Shown here in pieces: positions 27,940 to 39,529 of a stretch of 64,000 nt of DNA. The number at the start of each line of letters is the position of its first letter. The stretch's first letter is position 1. The notes beneath the pieces are model-generated. The model made no database searches and had not been told where the DNA came from. It worked only from the letters and a program-made list of their open reading frames with translations. A program made the translations under genes and the position numbers. The DNA lies in NCBI GenBank assembly GCA_003598025.1, contig QZKH01000009.1:64896-128895 (forward strand). Reading direction: 5' to 3'. Origin of the DNA: Candidatus Omnitrophota bacterium (GTDB taxonomy: Bacteria; Omnitrophota; Gorgyraeia; Gygaellales; Profunditerraquicolaceae).

Positions 27940-28144
27940 GGTAACATTTCAGCCTCCAGAAGTAGCCCGTCGGGACGACCCAACCTACCTTGAGCATGGT
28001 CTCGTCGGGGCACTTCCAAGAGCTGAACAGTTACAACTGTTACAAAAATTAAGTTGGATATGCGGTTATTAAATTACGAAAACCGAAAAAAAAATTGCGA
28101 AAAACACTTGAAAAAATGCGAAAATTGTGCTATATACATAGCTG

Positions 28145-28435
28145 ATGAAAAAAGCAATCAAGTATGGAGATATCTTTGATGTGGGGATAGACGAGCCGGT
28201 ATATACGAGCGGTGTAATTAATAAACTTCTTGGAATACCGGTCTGGGTACTAAAGCAGCTCGACAAAGAGGATATTATTCGTCCGCCCCGAAAAAAAGGA
28301 AGGTCACGACTTTACTCAAAAAATGAGCTAAATAAGTTAAGCCATATTTGGTATCTGATGAAGGAGAAGAAAGTAAAGGTAGACGGTTTAAAAGTTATAT
28401 TAGAAATGGAAGAAAGAATGTGCGTGAAGACCTAA
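28145..28435 (+). CDS. MerR-family (HspR-like) regulator
   Basis: DEPVYTSGV...LLGI...PPRKKGRSRLYS; precedes the chaperone cluster. Confidence 0.78.
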   Translation: MKKAIKYGDIFDVGIDEPVYTSGVINKLLGIPVWVLKQLDKEDIIRPPRKKGRSRLYSKNELNKLSHIWYLMKEKKVKVDGLKVILEMEERMCVKT

Positions 28436-28452
28436 AATTTTTTGCCCTTAAG

Positions 28453-28479
28453 TTGGCACTCTCATACGGAGAGTGCCAA
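28453..28479. promoter_or_regulatory. CIRCE element (HrcA operator)
   Basis: TTGGCACTC-N9-GAGTGCCAA perfect inverted repeat; consensus TTAGCACTC-N9-GAGTGCTAA. Confidence 0.9.
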
Positions 28480-28589
28480 CAAGGGACGGCGACTTATGGA
28501 GGTGATGTGCCAAGAACGGCGATACTTAAGCTTCGGGTATTGATTTTGACAATAACAAAAACTAATCATTTTGAAGGGAGGTGTTAACT

Positions 28590-29060
28590 ATGGCGCTTAT
28601 ACCGTGGAGACCGAGAGAAACATGGTGGGATCCTTTCAGGGATCTGGAAGTGATTCAGAATGAGATGAACAGAATGTTTAACTCTTCCTTAGTAAGATGG
28701 GGTGATCGGGATGTGGGTTTACTAGAAGGCGCTTGGAGTCCTGCGATAGATATTTACGACTCCAAAGACAACATCATGGTTAAAGCCGATATCCCGGGAA
28801 TGAAGAAAGACGAAATAGAAGTTTCTGTGCATGGAGACACCTTGATTATAAAGGGAGAGAAGAAACAAGAAAAAGAGGTTAAAGAAAAAGATTATGTCAG
28901 GACAGAACGCTTCTATGGTTCTTTCAACCGGGCAATTAGTCTGCCTGCGGCGGTAGATGCCTCTAAAGTAAACGCCAGCTACAAAAATGGCGTATTAGAG
29001 CTTGTGCTACCCAAAAAAGAAGAGGCAAAACCAAAACAGCTTAAGGTCGATATAAAATAA
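28590..29060 (+). CDS. Hsp20/alpha-crystallin protein
   Basis: WDPFRDL, PAIDIY, ERFYGSFNR, YKNGVLEL; GGAGGT RBS. Confidence 0.95.
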   Translation: MALIPWRPRETWWDPFRDLEVIQNEMNRMFNSSLVRWGDRDVGLLEGAWSPAIDIYDSKDNIMVKADIPGMKKDEIEVSVHGDTLIIKGEKKQEKEVKEKDYVRTERFYGSFNRAISLPAAVDASKVNASYKNGVLELVLPKKEEAKPKQLKVDIK

Positions 29061-29107
29061 CGTTTTTCCCCAGAGACGCTATTTTGTTTGGAAGGGGAGG
29101 TGGAACT

Positions 29108-29482
29108 ATGGCGCTTATTAAGCAAAAACAAAAACAGCCTGAGTCAAGGGTTATACAACCTTTGGTTAACATACATGAAACCGATAAAGAAGTGGTTCTT
29201 GAAGCAGAGATGACCGGTTTAACCAAAGAAGATATAGGGCTTGAGCTTAAAGGAAATGAGCTGACTATTAAAGGAAAGACCCGCGAGAATGATGAGGCTA
29301 TACCTAAAGGATATACCGTTATCCATAGAGAGCGCTGTCCACTAGAATATATTAGAACCTTTGTTATTGGCGATGATATTGACAAGAGCAAAATCGACGC
29401 TCAATATGAAAACGGTATCTTAAGAGTAAAGCTAGTCAAGTCAGATGAAGCTCAGCCAAAAAGAATTGAAATTAAAGAGTGA
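29108..29482 (+). CDS. Hsp20/alpha-crystallin protein
   Basis: PLVNIHET, AQYENGILRV, PKRIEIK. Confidence 0.92.
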   Translation: MALIKQKQKQPESRVIQPLVNIHETDKEVVLEAEMTGLTKEDIGLELKGNELTIKGKTRENDEAIPKGYTVIHRERCPLEYIRTFVIGDDIDKSKIDAQYENGILRVKLVKSDEAQPKRIEIKE

Positions 29483-29725
29483 GGTGGTTTGGTATGTCCA
29501 AGGGAGAATATATTAAAAGATTAGGTGAGCAGTTTAAGGGCTGGACAGCCAAGATCGGTACATTAAGGCAGAGACTGACAAAGTCGTTCTTAAGACAAAA
29601 ATAGGCCTAAGCCGAAGAATGGAGATTAAACAACTAAAAAAGCCTAAAATCTAAGGTAGGGTATTTTTATCTTTATGCCCCAGCTTCACAGCTCGAACGT
29701 ATGATTTAAAAGGAGATGATGGGCG

Positions 29726-30406
29726 ATGAAGAATCAAAAAATATTAATAGCTTTGGTAATCATATTGGCTATCGGATTGATTGTCGAGGGGGGATATCTG
29801 ATTAGCCTTAAGAAGCGCGTAGATAGTTTCGGGAGTATATCAGCGAGAAGCAATTCCCCTGTATTCTCAAAAAAAGCTACAATCCCAAGATTTGCCCAAA
29901 GGGCTTTTGATAATGATTGGTACTGGGATGATTTTTTTAGTGACGAATGGAAGCCTTTTGAAGAAATGAAACATATGCAACAACAGCTTAACAAGATGTT
30001 TAATGAAAGCTTTGGGAGAGGCATGAGGAGTCAGGGATTTTTGCCTTCTGATAAGGGGAGCTTCTTTGAGCCGGATATCGATATTAAAGAAGATAAAACT
30101 CACTACATGATCACAATGGATCTTCCCGGCATGGATAAAGATAAAATAAGCGTGGAAATAAAGAACAAGGTGCTTAGGGTATCCGGCGAACGAGAAACCG
30201 TGCTTGAGGAGAATAAGGGCGATAAGTTTTTTAGGCAGGAAAGAAGTTACGGGCATTTTTCAAGGGCTATTCCTTTGCCTGATAATATAAAAGAAAATGA
30301 AGTTTCAGCTGACTATAAGAATGGCGTATTAACTATTAAGGTAGCAAAAGCTATTACTGAAGGTGAAGAGGAAGAAGAAACGGCGAAGAAGATCCCGATA
30401 TCTTAA
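29726..30406 (+). CDS. Hsp20 protein with N-terminal membrane anchor
   Basis: N-terminal hydrophobic helix; ERSYGHFSRAIPLP, YKNGVLTI. Confidence 0.9.
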   Translation: MKNQKILIALVIILAIGLIVEGGYLISLKKRVDSFGSISARSNSPVFSKKATIPRFAQRAFDNDWYWDDFFSDEWKPFEEMKHMQQQLNKMFNESFGRGMRSQGFLPSDKGSFFEPDIDIKEDKTHYMITMDLPGMDKDKISVEIKNKVLRVSGERETVLEENKGDKFFRQERSYGHFSRAIPLPDNIKENEVSADYKNGVLTIKVAKAITEGEEEEETAKKIPIS

Positions 30407-30666
30407 TCAAAGCTAGCGCTGATTAAATCCAAAAAGTGCTCGCTGCCTCACGTTAAGCCGAAACAAGACAAAAAATAAAATCTAAATTTTCCCTACTTTC
30501 ATTGTAAAGGAGGTGACAATTTATTAAGATGAAAAAACGAAGAACTATCTCTAAAAAGAAACCTTTAGCTCGGACAAAAACTCTAAAGGAAAAGCCCATT
30601 GAAGAGAAGGAAGAGATAAAACCAGAGATAACTCAACAGGATATTCAAGGAAAGGAGGAGGTGTCT

Positions 30667-30957
30667 ATGCAGATTACGCCATTAGGAGACAGAATTCTGG
30701 TTAAGCCTTTGGAAGCTGAAGACAAAACCAAGGGAGGGATAATCTTACCGGATACTGCCAAGGAAAAACCGCAAGAAGGCAGGGTAGTTGCAGTGGGAAA
30801 GGGCAAGGTTTTAGAGGATGGTAAAGTTCAGCCCTTAGAGGTTAAGCCGGGAGACAAAATCCTCTACGGAAAATATTCCGGCACAGAAATAAAATTAGAG
30901 GATGAAGAGCATTTGATTATTAAGGAAGAGGATGTTTTAGCTATTATTATCGATTAA
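30667..30957 (+). CDS. groES: Co-chaperonin GroES (in-frame upstream ATG at 30529 also possible)
   Basis: [27 protein letters not shown]; AGGAGGAGG RBS. Confidence 0.96.
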   Translation: MQITPLGDRILVKPLEAEDKTKGGIILPDTAKEKPQEGRVVAVGKGKVLEDGKVQPLEVKPGDKILYGKYSGTEIKLEDEEHLIIKEEDVLAIIID

Positions 30958-30961
30958 GTGA

Positions 30962-32599
<1,638 letters not shown>

Positions 32600-32621
32600 T
32601 CGCAACTAAAGGTTAAAAATA

Positions 32622-32657
32622 AGGGGCTGCTGTCATTATAAATGGCGGCAGCCTCCC
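32622..32657 (+). terminator. Hairpin after groEL
   Basis: GGCTGCTGTCATT/AATGGCGGCAGCC stem; weak U-tract. Confidence 0.55.
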
Positions 32658-32693
32658 GTCTGTAATTAGAAATGTGCATATCTGAATTTGGCA

Positions 32694-32894
32694 ATGACAA
32701 GAGAAGTGCCATTAGAGAAAGTTCTAGATAAATGTGGCAATTCTATTTATAAATTGGTGGTTTTAGCTTCTAAGAGGGCTATAGAAATTTCTGAAGGTCA
32801 ACCCAAGCTTGTAGAGGCAGATGCGGTCGCTAAACCCTCTACCATTGCCTTGCTTGAGATTGCCGAAGGAAAAGTTAGATTGAAGGAAGAATAA
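32694..32894 (+). CDS. rpoZ: RNA polymerase omega subunit
   Basis: SIYKLVVLASKRAIEI...KPSTIALLEIAEGKV. Confidence 0.88.
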   Translation: MTREVPLEKVLDKCGNSIYKLVVLASKRAIEISEGQPKLVEADAVAKPSTIALLEIAEGKVRLKEE

Positions 32895-32939
32895 ACAATG
32901 CCACTGGTGCGGTCAAGACCTTTTTCAGATAGATAAGGC

Positions 32940-33128
32940 ATGAGTTCAAAAAGAAAGTTGCAGATTAAATTCAGACAGAAATTAAAGAGGCGCCGCAGGC
33001 GGCTTAATCTATTAAAGAAAGGCATTGATCCAAAAGATTATTATTGTGGGGGATATTACATAAAAAATAATTCAAAACCGCAATGGGAAGAAAGCCGGAA
33101 TGAGGATGGGGAATTATTGAAGCAATAG
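32940..33128 (+). CDS. Small basic hypothetical protein
   Basis: 62 aa, Lys/Arg-rich N-terminus. Confidence 0.5.
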   Translation: MSSKRKLQIKFRQKLKRRRRRLNLLKKGIDPKDYYCGGYYIKNNSKPQWEESRNEDGELLKQ

Positions 33129-33257
33129 AGCAATTGCCAGAGGTAATATCTCTAAAGGTAAAAATCTGTTTTATGTGCAGAATGCGAATCTTACATCATG
33201 CCGCGTAAAAGATTGGCAGAGTTGGTGATATTAGGTGGTAAAGGTTAAAACAGCGAT

Positions 33258-33455
33258 ATGCCTATGAGCGGAAAAATTAGATGTCCTTGGTGCGAGAAGA
33301 TTTTCGATTCGCCTGCAAACTGTAAAGTCAAAGATACTATTGAATGCCTTTCTTGTTTTACTAGATTGGAGATTACGCAAGCTTCCCCTGTGCAAGTAAA
33401 AATAGCCGGCGAAGTCGATGATTATATGTACGAAGAATACGATGATTGGAAATAA
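33258..33455 (+). CDS. LysW-like zinc-ribbon protein
   Basis: CPWC...IECLSC..LEI...P, acidic tail EEYDDWK. Confidence 0.65.
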   Translation: MPMSGKIRCPWCEKIFDSPANCKVKDTIECLSCFTRLEITQASPVQVKIAGEVDDYMYEEYDDWK

Positions 33456-33492
33456 GAGAAAGTAGATATGTTGGTGGTGGAGGTAAGCAAGA

Positions 33493-34029
33493 ATGAAAAA
33501 AGATCTGCAATGCAGAAAACATAAATATATAGGTAAGAGAATAGAAGGCATCCATTCGCATGCGGGTTTACCCGCAGAATGTAAGATTTGCAGCAAAATG
33601 TATTTGTCTGATAACCCTTTGGTTTTCAAAACAGCGTCTCTTAAGAAGGTAAGTATATGCACTGCTTGTCAGGAAAAGCTGCATTGCGCTAAATGCAAAC
33701 AGGAATTTATATTAAAGAAATTCTTTGTTGCAGAATGCACTCAGTGCGGGCATTTAGAATTCTACTGCAAGAAGTGTAGTAAAAAATTGCCGACCTTGCC
33801 TGTAGGTTGCGAGCCGCATGAGCAGATTTTACGTAAGATGCAGACAATTCTAAGAGAGTATATGCCGGATCTTGGAGATAATCTGCCTAAAAATTTAAAA
33901 GACCTTAAGAAATTCAAAGGTTTTGGGGATATACCGTCGTATCTTTTCCTCCATTTTAATATCATTCTGCCTCCGGATTTTGACAAGTTCGAGGAGGAAG
34001 GCGATGATGCGGATTGGTGGAAGAAATAA
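33493..34029 (+). CDS. Multi-CxxC hypothetical protein
   Basis: Five CxxC pairs; acidic tail DDADWWKK; GGAGGT RBS. Confidence 0.65.
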   Translation: MKKDLQCRKHKYIGKRIEGIHSHAGLPAECKICSKMYLSDNPLVFKTASLKKVSICTACQEKLHCAKCKQEFILKKFFVAECTQCGHLEFYCKKCSKKLPTLPVGCEPHEQILRKMQTILREYMPDLGDNLPKNLKDLKKFKGFGDIPSYLFLHFNIILPPDFDKFEEEGDDADWWKK

Positions 34030-34212
34030 GATAATGAATACCCTTGTTAATAAATACATCGCGTATCTGATGGTAGCTGAAAAAGAGCTTGCCGGAGCAC
34101 ATGCGTCTAAAAGCTTTCCCGGTAAGCAGAACAAGGAAGAAAAGCAGGCATTCAGCTTGAAAGGGAGTGAAAATTGAGGATATCGCCTGCGGTTTTGTGG
34201 GAGGTGGTAGAA

Positions 34213-34626
34213 ATGAACGAAGAAAGAAGAGCATTTAAAAGGCTACCTGTAGAATTGAAAACCCACTGTATCAGAAACCTCTGCGGGAAATCCCATGAAT
34301 ATTTCCCGTCTTTCGCGAAAAATATCTCATTTCAAGGTATGCATCTTATCTCTTCTAAGGATATCGGGATAGGCGAACGTTTAGATTTTGCCTTAGAGGT
34401 TCCTATCTACTTTATACCGCTCTTGCTTCATGGAGAAGCTAAATGGGTAATACATAAAAATGGCCTGAATAATAACGTCGTGTGCGGTTTTAAATTCTTT
34501 AAAATGGAGCCAATTGATTATAAGAGATTGAAAAATTACTTAATCTCAATTGAAAAAGAATATTTCTCCTCTCTCAATGAAGCAGCTTCTATCCGGGAAG
34601 ATGCTGGTATCTTACAGGAGGTTTGA
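34213..34626 (+). CDS. PilZ domain protein
   Basis: ERRAFKR (RxxxR) and NISFQG (D/NxSxxG). Confidence 0.85.
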   Translation: MNEERRAFKRLPVELKTHCIRNLCGKSHEYFPSFAKNISFQGMHLISSKDIGIGERLDFALEVPIYFIPLLLHGEAKWVIHKNGLNNNVVCGFKFFKMEPIDYKRLKNYLISIEKEYFSSLNEAASIREDAGILQEV

Positions 34627-34642
34627 ATCCGAGAAAGAAGAG

Positions 34643-34867
34643 ATGATGTGGGACGAAAGAGAAGACGAGCAGGACCGGCAATTCGAAAAAATGACCGCTA
34701 CGCATTTGTATTGCAACAATTGCGGCAGGTCAATGCCGGTGCAAGAAACATTACTGTTGGTATTGCCCGATGGTGAATTATATGATTACCGTTGCATGCA
34801 ATGCCATGAATCAGTTGGCACGCGCAAGGAAACAAAAAGGCCATCTTTAGAAATAAAAGGCGGATAA
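34643..34867 (+). CDS. Small zinc-ribbon protein
   Basis: LYCNNC..MPV..LLLVLPDGELYDYRCMQC. Confidence 0.7.
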   Translation: MMWDEREDEQDRQFEKMTATHLYCNNCGRSMPVQETLLLVLPDGELYDYRCMQCHESVGTRKETKRPSLEIKGG

Positions 34868-34876
34868 ATTAAATAT

Positions 34877-35509
34877 ATGGACATTGGTAAATGTATCTAC
34901 CGAGTTTCTCAAGGTTTATTTTTTGTAATTTTAAAGTTATTTTTCAGACTAGAGATAAAGGGAAAAGAAAATATACCCCAAAAAGGCCCTGCCATATTGG
35001 TTGCCAATCATTTTAGCCTTCTCGATCCGTTCGTAGTTACCTGCTGCACAAACCGCATAATCCATTGGTTAGTAGCAAGTTGGGTTTTTTGCATTAAACC
35101 TTTCTCTTTTTTTGCCAAACGAGTCCCCTTTTTTAAAGTAGAACCGGGTAAAGGCAATAATAAAGAAGCGCTGAAACAGGCTACGAATCTTTTAAGCCAA
35201 AATCGGATTATCGGCGTATTCCCTGAAGGTAAATTATCAAGGAGCGGAGAATTAAATCCCTTCTTTTCCGGCGCTGCTTATATAGGAATTAAATCCAAAG
35301 CTCCCATTATCCCTTTGTATATAGATGGCACTTATAAAGCATTTAGGCGAGTTAATAATTTTTTGAAATGGCCTAAAATTTGCGTTATAATTGGAGAGAA
35401 ATTTTCTCTTAATGGGGTTTATAACCTTGTTTATAAAGAAGATATTGAAAAAGGCAGCGAATTTATTAAAAATAGAATTGCTGGGTTAAAAAAGGAGGTC
35501 AAGACATGA
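34877..35509 (+). CDS. Lysophospholipid acyltransferase (PlsC family)
   Basis: NHFSLLD, FPEG motifs. Confidence 0.9.
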   Translation: MDIGKCIYRVSQGLFFVILKLFFRLEIKGKENIPQKGPAILVANHFSLLDPFVVTCCTNRIIHWLVASWVFCIKPFSFFAKRVPFFKVEPGKGNNKEALKQATNLLSQNRIIGVFPEGKLSRSGELNPFFSGAAYIGIKSKAPIIPLYIDGTYKAFRRVNNFLKWPKICVIIGEKFSLNGVYNLVYKEDIEKGSEFIKNRIAGLKKEVKT

Positions 35510-36501
35510 ACTATACTGGCGTAACTGCAATAAATGAAAAAGTGAAGCAGGAAAGCAGTTTTGTCATTAGCCTAAAGCAGGAGATTGAAAAGGTTATTGT
35601 CGGGCAAAAATATTTGATTGAGCGGCTTTTGGTTGGGCTTTTAGCTAATGGCCACATGCTTGTTGAGGGTGTGCCAGGCCTGGCCAAGACACTTTCTGTA
35701 AAAACCCTATCCCAAGCGATCAATACGAAATTCCAGAGAATTCAGTTTACCCCTGACCTTCTGCCCGCGGATTTAATCGGTACGCTTGTTTATAATCCCA
35801 AAGATGGGGCCTTCACTACAAAAAAAGGTCCTATCTTTGCGAATATCATTCTAGCCGATGAGATTAACCGCGCTCCGGCAAAAGTGCAGAGCGCACTCTT
35901 AGAGGCAATGCAGGAGAGGCAGGTCACTATTGGCGAGAATACTTTTAAATTAGATGAGCCGTTTTTGGTGATGGCTACACAAAACCCGATAGAACAAGAA
36001 GGAACTTATCCTTTGCCTGAAGCGCAGGTTGATAGGTTTATGCTAAAAATCAACATCACCTATCCGAATAAAGACGAAGAGCGCAAGATTCTAAAAGAAA
36101 TGAGTGTAACGGATAAGGAGATAAAGGTTTCTCCTGTAGTCGGACCTGACGATATCAAGCGCGCTCGCAAGGTAGTAAATGAGATTTACATGGATGAGAA
36201 GCTTGAGAATTACATCATTGATATTGTATTTGCTACCAGAGAGCCAGCTAAATATAAACTGAGCGATTTAACTAATTTAATCCAATACGGCGCTTCTCCT
36301 CGCGCCAGCATTTATTTAACGCTTGCCTCAAAAGCGTATGCTTTTATCCAGGGTAGAGGCTATGTCACGCCACAGGATGTGAAGTCCATTGGTCCGGATA
36401 TCTTAAGGCACAGAGTTATCGTAAGTTATGAAGCAGAAGCGGAGGAAAAGACATCCGAGGATATTATTAAGAGGATATTTGATGAGGTTGAGGTTCCTTA
36501 A
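35506..36501 (+). CDS. moxR: MoxR-family AAA+ ATPase
   Basis: EGVPGLAKT, RIQFTPDLLPAD, ADEINRAP, ATQNPIEQEGTYPLPEAQ. Confidence 0.96.
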   Translation: MNYTGVTAINEKVKQESSFVISLKQEIEKVIVGQKYLIERLLVGLLANGHMLVEGVPGLAKTLSVKTLSQAINTKFQRIQFTPDLLPADLIGTLVYNPKDGAFTTKKGPIFANIILADEINRAPAKVQSALLEAMQERQVTIGENTFKLDEPFLVMATQNPIEQEGTYPLPEAQVDRFMLKINITYPNKDEERKILKEMSVTDKEIKVSPVVGPDDIKRARKVVNEIYMDEKLENYIIDIVFATREPAKYKLSDLTNLIQYGASPRASIYLTLASKAYAFIQGRGYVTPQDVKSIGPDILRHRVIVSYEAEAEEKTSEDIIKRIFDEVEVP

Positions 36502-37380
36502 ATGATCCCTAAAGAAGTCTTACAACAAATAAGGCGCATCCAGATTACTACCTCGCGCATGGTTACTGATGTGTTTTCCGGCCAATATCAAAGCGTATTT
36601 AAGGGGCGAGGTATGGAGTTTGATGAGGTAAGGGAGTATCAAGTAGGCGATGAAATACGCTCAATTGATTGGAATGTAACCGCGCGCATGGGTCATCCCT
36701 ATATCAAAAAGTTTATGGAAGAAAGAGAGCTGACAGTAATGTTGTTATTGGATTTATCCGGCTCTTCCTATTTCGGCACGGTTAATAAACTAAAAAGGCA
36801 AATTGCCGCAGAGATTTGCTCAGTCTTGGCTTTTTCGGCAATCCGCAATAACGATAAAGTAGGGCTGATTATTTTTACCGATAAAATCGAGAAATTTGTC
36901 CCAGCAAAAAAAGGAATAAGCCATGTGCTGCGTATCATTAGAGAGGCGTTGTATTTTAACCCGCAAGGCAAAAAAACGGACATTCCCGCGGCCTTAGAAT
37001 ATCTCAATAAAGTATGCAAACGCAGCACGGTTACTTTTATCGTATCTGACTTTTATGATACTAACTTTGAGAAGCCGCTTTCCATTGCCAATAAGCGCCA
37101 TGACCTGGTAAGTATTACCATAACCGACCCCAAAGAACTGGATTTGCCTAATATTGGCATGGCACAATTCGATGATCCGGAAACCGGCAAGATGTATAAT
37201 CTGGATACCTCAAATGAAGCCTTGCGCCGCTCTTTCCGGGAAAACGCCTTAAAGATAACAGGCGAACGCAAGAAAACATTTGATAGATTGGGGGTAGATA
37301 ATGTAGATATTCGCTGCGATATCCCCTACAACCGCACCTTATTTAAATTTTTCCGCATGCGGGAAAGGAGGCTACGTTAA
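36502..37380 (+). CDS. DUF58 protein
   Basis: GMEFDEVREY..GDEIRSIDWNVTAR. Confidence 0.93.
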   Translation: MIPKEVLQQIRRIQITTSRMVTDVFSGQYQSVFKGRGMEFDEVREYQVGDEIRSIDWNVTARMGHPYIKKFMEERELTVMLLLDLSGSSYFGTVNKLKRQIAAEICSVLAFSAIRNNDKVGLIIFTDKIEKFVPAKKGISHVLRIIREALYFNPQGKKTDIPAALEYLNKVCKRSTVTFIVSDFYDTNFEKPLSIANKRHDLVSITITDPKELDLPNIGMAQFDDPETGKMYNLDTSNEALRRSFRENALKITGERKKTFDRLGVDNVDIRCDIPYNRTLFKFFRMRERRLR

Positions 37381-38586
37381 ATGCGCCAGGTTTTCTTTTC
37401 CATAATTATAGTTTTAATGTTAGCGGTTTTAATATTTTTGGTGGCAAATTTACCTACACGGATAGTTAAACCTAAAGAGCAGAGCTCTTTCTTGACCAGC
37501 CCAAACCAGATAGATTATGCTAACAAGCTTTTAAGCAAAGGGCTAAAGAGTGAGGCTGCTGAAGCATTCGAAGAATATCTTGCCGCTGGCAAGATGCAGC
37601 TACAAGAAGAGGCCCAGCTTTTATATAAACTAGGCAGTATTTATATGGAGTTATATAAGTATGAGAAGGCGCTGAAAAGTTTCTATAAAGCAGAGATGTT
37701 AAATCCAAAGGCAGAGTTCGCTCAAGAAATGAACCAAAAGATAATTGAGGCATTGGAGAATTTGGGAATGAGCGCTCAAGCCAGATACGAATTGGAGGCG
37801 CGGACTTCTTTGGGCAAAGAAAAACAGGCAAAGGGAAAGGTAGTTGCGCGTATCGGAAAAAGAGAAATAACCGATACTGAGATTGATGAAGCCCTCAAGA
37901 ATGTTCCGCAATGGATGAGAAAGAGTTTAGAAGAGCCGGAAAGGCGCCTTGAATTCATTAGAAATTATGTCGGGCAAGAAGTTCTTTATACAAAAGCAAA
38001 GCGTTTAGGGTTGGACACAAAAGAAGAAACCCGCTCAACCTTAGAGCAGCTAAAAAAACAGATTGTGGTTGAACAGCTTTTAGGTAAAGAGATACAGGAA
38101 AAACTGGATAAGATTAGCCCCGAAGATATCAAATTGTATTACGAAGCCAATAAAGATAGTTTTACTGAGCCGGCACAAATAAAGGCGGCTTTCTTAAGCT
38201 TTGAAAACGAATCCCAAAAAGACGAAATGGTTCAAAAGCTCAAGAAACAGGAAGGAAAATTCCAGGAGGCTTCAATTACAGAAGAAGACTCAAGTATTGC
38301 CGGTATCGGAGAGGCAAAGGATGTAATTGCCGGCCTATTCCTTAAAGAAAAGGGGCAAATAAGCGATCCTTTAAAGATAAAAGATAAATTTTACGTTTTT
38401 TCTATACTTGAGAAAAGACAGAAACGACAGAAAAGTTTTGATGAAGTGAAATCAGAAGTTGAATACGAATATAAGATGAAGAAGCAACAGGAAATAAGCC
38501 AGGATTTGCTTAAAAAAGCATTGGAAGAGCAAGAAGTAGAAATTTTTGAAACAGGAAATAAGAATGAAACCAAAAAAGATAATTAA
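37381..38586 (+). CDS. Membrane-anchored TPR plus SurA/PrsA-like foldase protein
   Basis: TM, TPR (LYKLGSIY), VVARIG..IT..EID, YYEANKDSF..P, degenerate parvulin. Confidence 0.75.
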   Translation: MRQVFFSIIIVLMLAVLIFLVANLPTRIVKPKEQSSFLTSPNQIDYANKLLSKGLKSEAAEAFEEYLAAGKMQLQEEAQLLYKLGSIYMELYKYEKALKSFYKAEMLNPKAEFAQEMNQKIIEALENLGMSAQARYELEARTSLGKEKQAKGKVVARIGKREITDTEIDEALKNVPQWMRKSLEEPERRLEFIRNYVGQEVLYTKAKRLGLDTKEETRSTLEQLKKQIVVEQLLGKEIQEKLDKISPEDIKLYYEANKDSFTEPAQIKAAFLSFENESQKDEMVQKLKKQEGKFQEASITEEDSSIAGIGEAKDVIAGLFLKEKGQISDPLKIKDKFYVFSILEKRQKRQKSFDEVKSEVEYEYKMKKQQEISQDLLKKALEEQEVEIFETGNKNETKKDN

Positions 38587-39526
38587 TTTAATCTGCGCCA
38601 TTTTCTGCTTAGGAGTGTTTTTGGTAAACAGCAGTATGTCTTTTGCGGCTCAAAATAAGGGAAAGAAAAATTCAGACATCGAAGCGACTGCCGCAGTGGA
38701 TAAAACTTCAATACAAATAGGCGATAAGTTCACCTATACAATTACGGCAAAGGCAAAAAAGAATATTGAAGTTGAATTCCCGCAAATTCTTCCAGAGGAC
38801 TTATCCGGTTTTGCGATTAAAGACTTCGGATCTAGCGCCAAAGGATTATTCGCAAAAAAGACTTTCAAGCACTGGTATCTTTTGGATACTTATGTTAGCG
38901 GAGAACATACTATTCCGGCGTCAGTAGTTAAATATCGCACTAAAGGACAAACTGATTGGCAGGAGTTAAGTGTAAATGAAGTAAAATTGGAGGTTAAAAG
39001 CGTATTGGATAATGCGTCAAATCGAGCGGATATCCGCGATATAAGGGGGCCGAAAAGTTTTACCAGCAGAACGTGGCTCTATATCTTAATAGTATCAGCA
39101 CTTCTTTTAATTATAGGAGGAGTTTTTGGTTTTATTTCTTTGAAGAAAAAGCAAGAAGAATCCAAGGCGCCGCCTACTCCCGCGCACATTATTGCTTATG
39201 AAGCCTTGGCGGCATTAGAGAAAAAGGACTATATTCGCAAAGGACAAACCAAGGCTTATTACATAGAACTCTCAGATATTGTGCGGCATTATCTTGAAAA
39301 CAGATTTAATATCCGAGCTCCGGAGATGACTACCGAGGAATTTCTGCTTAAGGTTAAAGAGGATAGCTCTTTATCGGTTGAGCATAAAGGCTTATTACGT
39401 GATTTTCTGACTAATTGCGACTTGGTTAAATTCGCAAAATATCAACCTGCCCAAACAGAAGCAAGTTTAGCGCTTGCCTCGGCAAGAAGATTAGTTGACC
39501 AGACTAAGCAAGAAGATAAGTCTTAA
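38567..39526 (+). CDS. Bat-cluster membrane protein (BatD-like N-domain)
   Basis: Signal peptide, VDKTSIQIGD, TM, VRHYLENRF..APEMTTEEF, DLVKFAKY. Confidence 0.8.
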   Translation, partial: KPKKIINLICAIFCLGVFLVNSSMSFAAQNKGKKNSDIEATAAVDKTSIQIGDKFTYTITAKAKKNIEVEFPQILPEDLSGFAIKDFGSSAKGLFAKKTFKHWYLLDTYVSGEHTIPASVVKYRTKGQTDWQELSVNEVKLEVKSVLDNASNRADIRDIRGPKSFTSRTWLYILIVSALLLIIGGVFGFISLKKKQEESKAPPTPAHIIAYEALAALEKKDYIRKGQTKAYYIELSDIVRHYLENRFNIRAPEMTTEEFLLKVKEDSSLSVEHKGLLRDFLTNCDLVKFAKYQPAQTEASLALASARRLVDQTKQEDKS

Positions 39527-39529
39527 GAT

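Noticed and set aside
27960-28025. HAIR operator for the HspR-like regulator
   Set aside because: Only one CTTGAG half-site; no correctly spaced ACTCAAG partner.
29494-29655. Short ORF between the Hsp20 genes
   Set aside because: It has an RBS but looks degraded and has no recognisable motif; not enough support to call.
30411-30442. Second CIRCE before groES
   Set aside because: Half-sites are degenerate and the spacing is not 9 nt.
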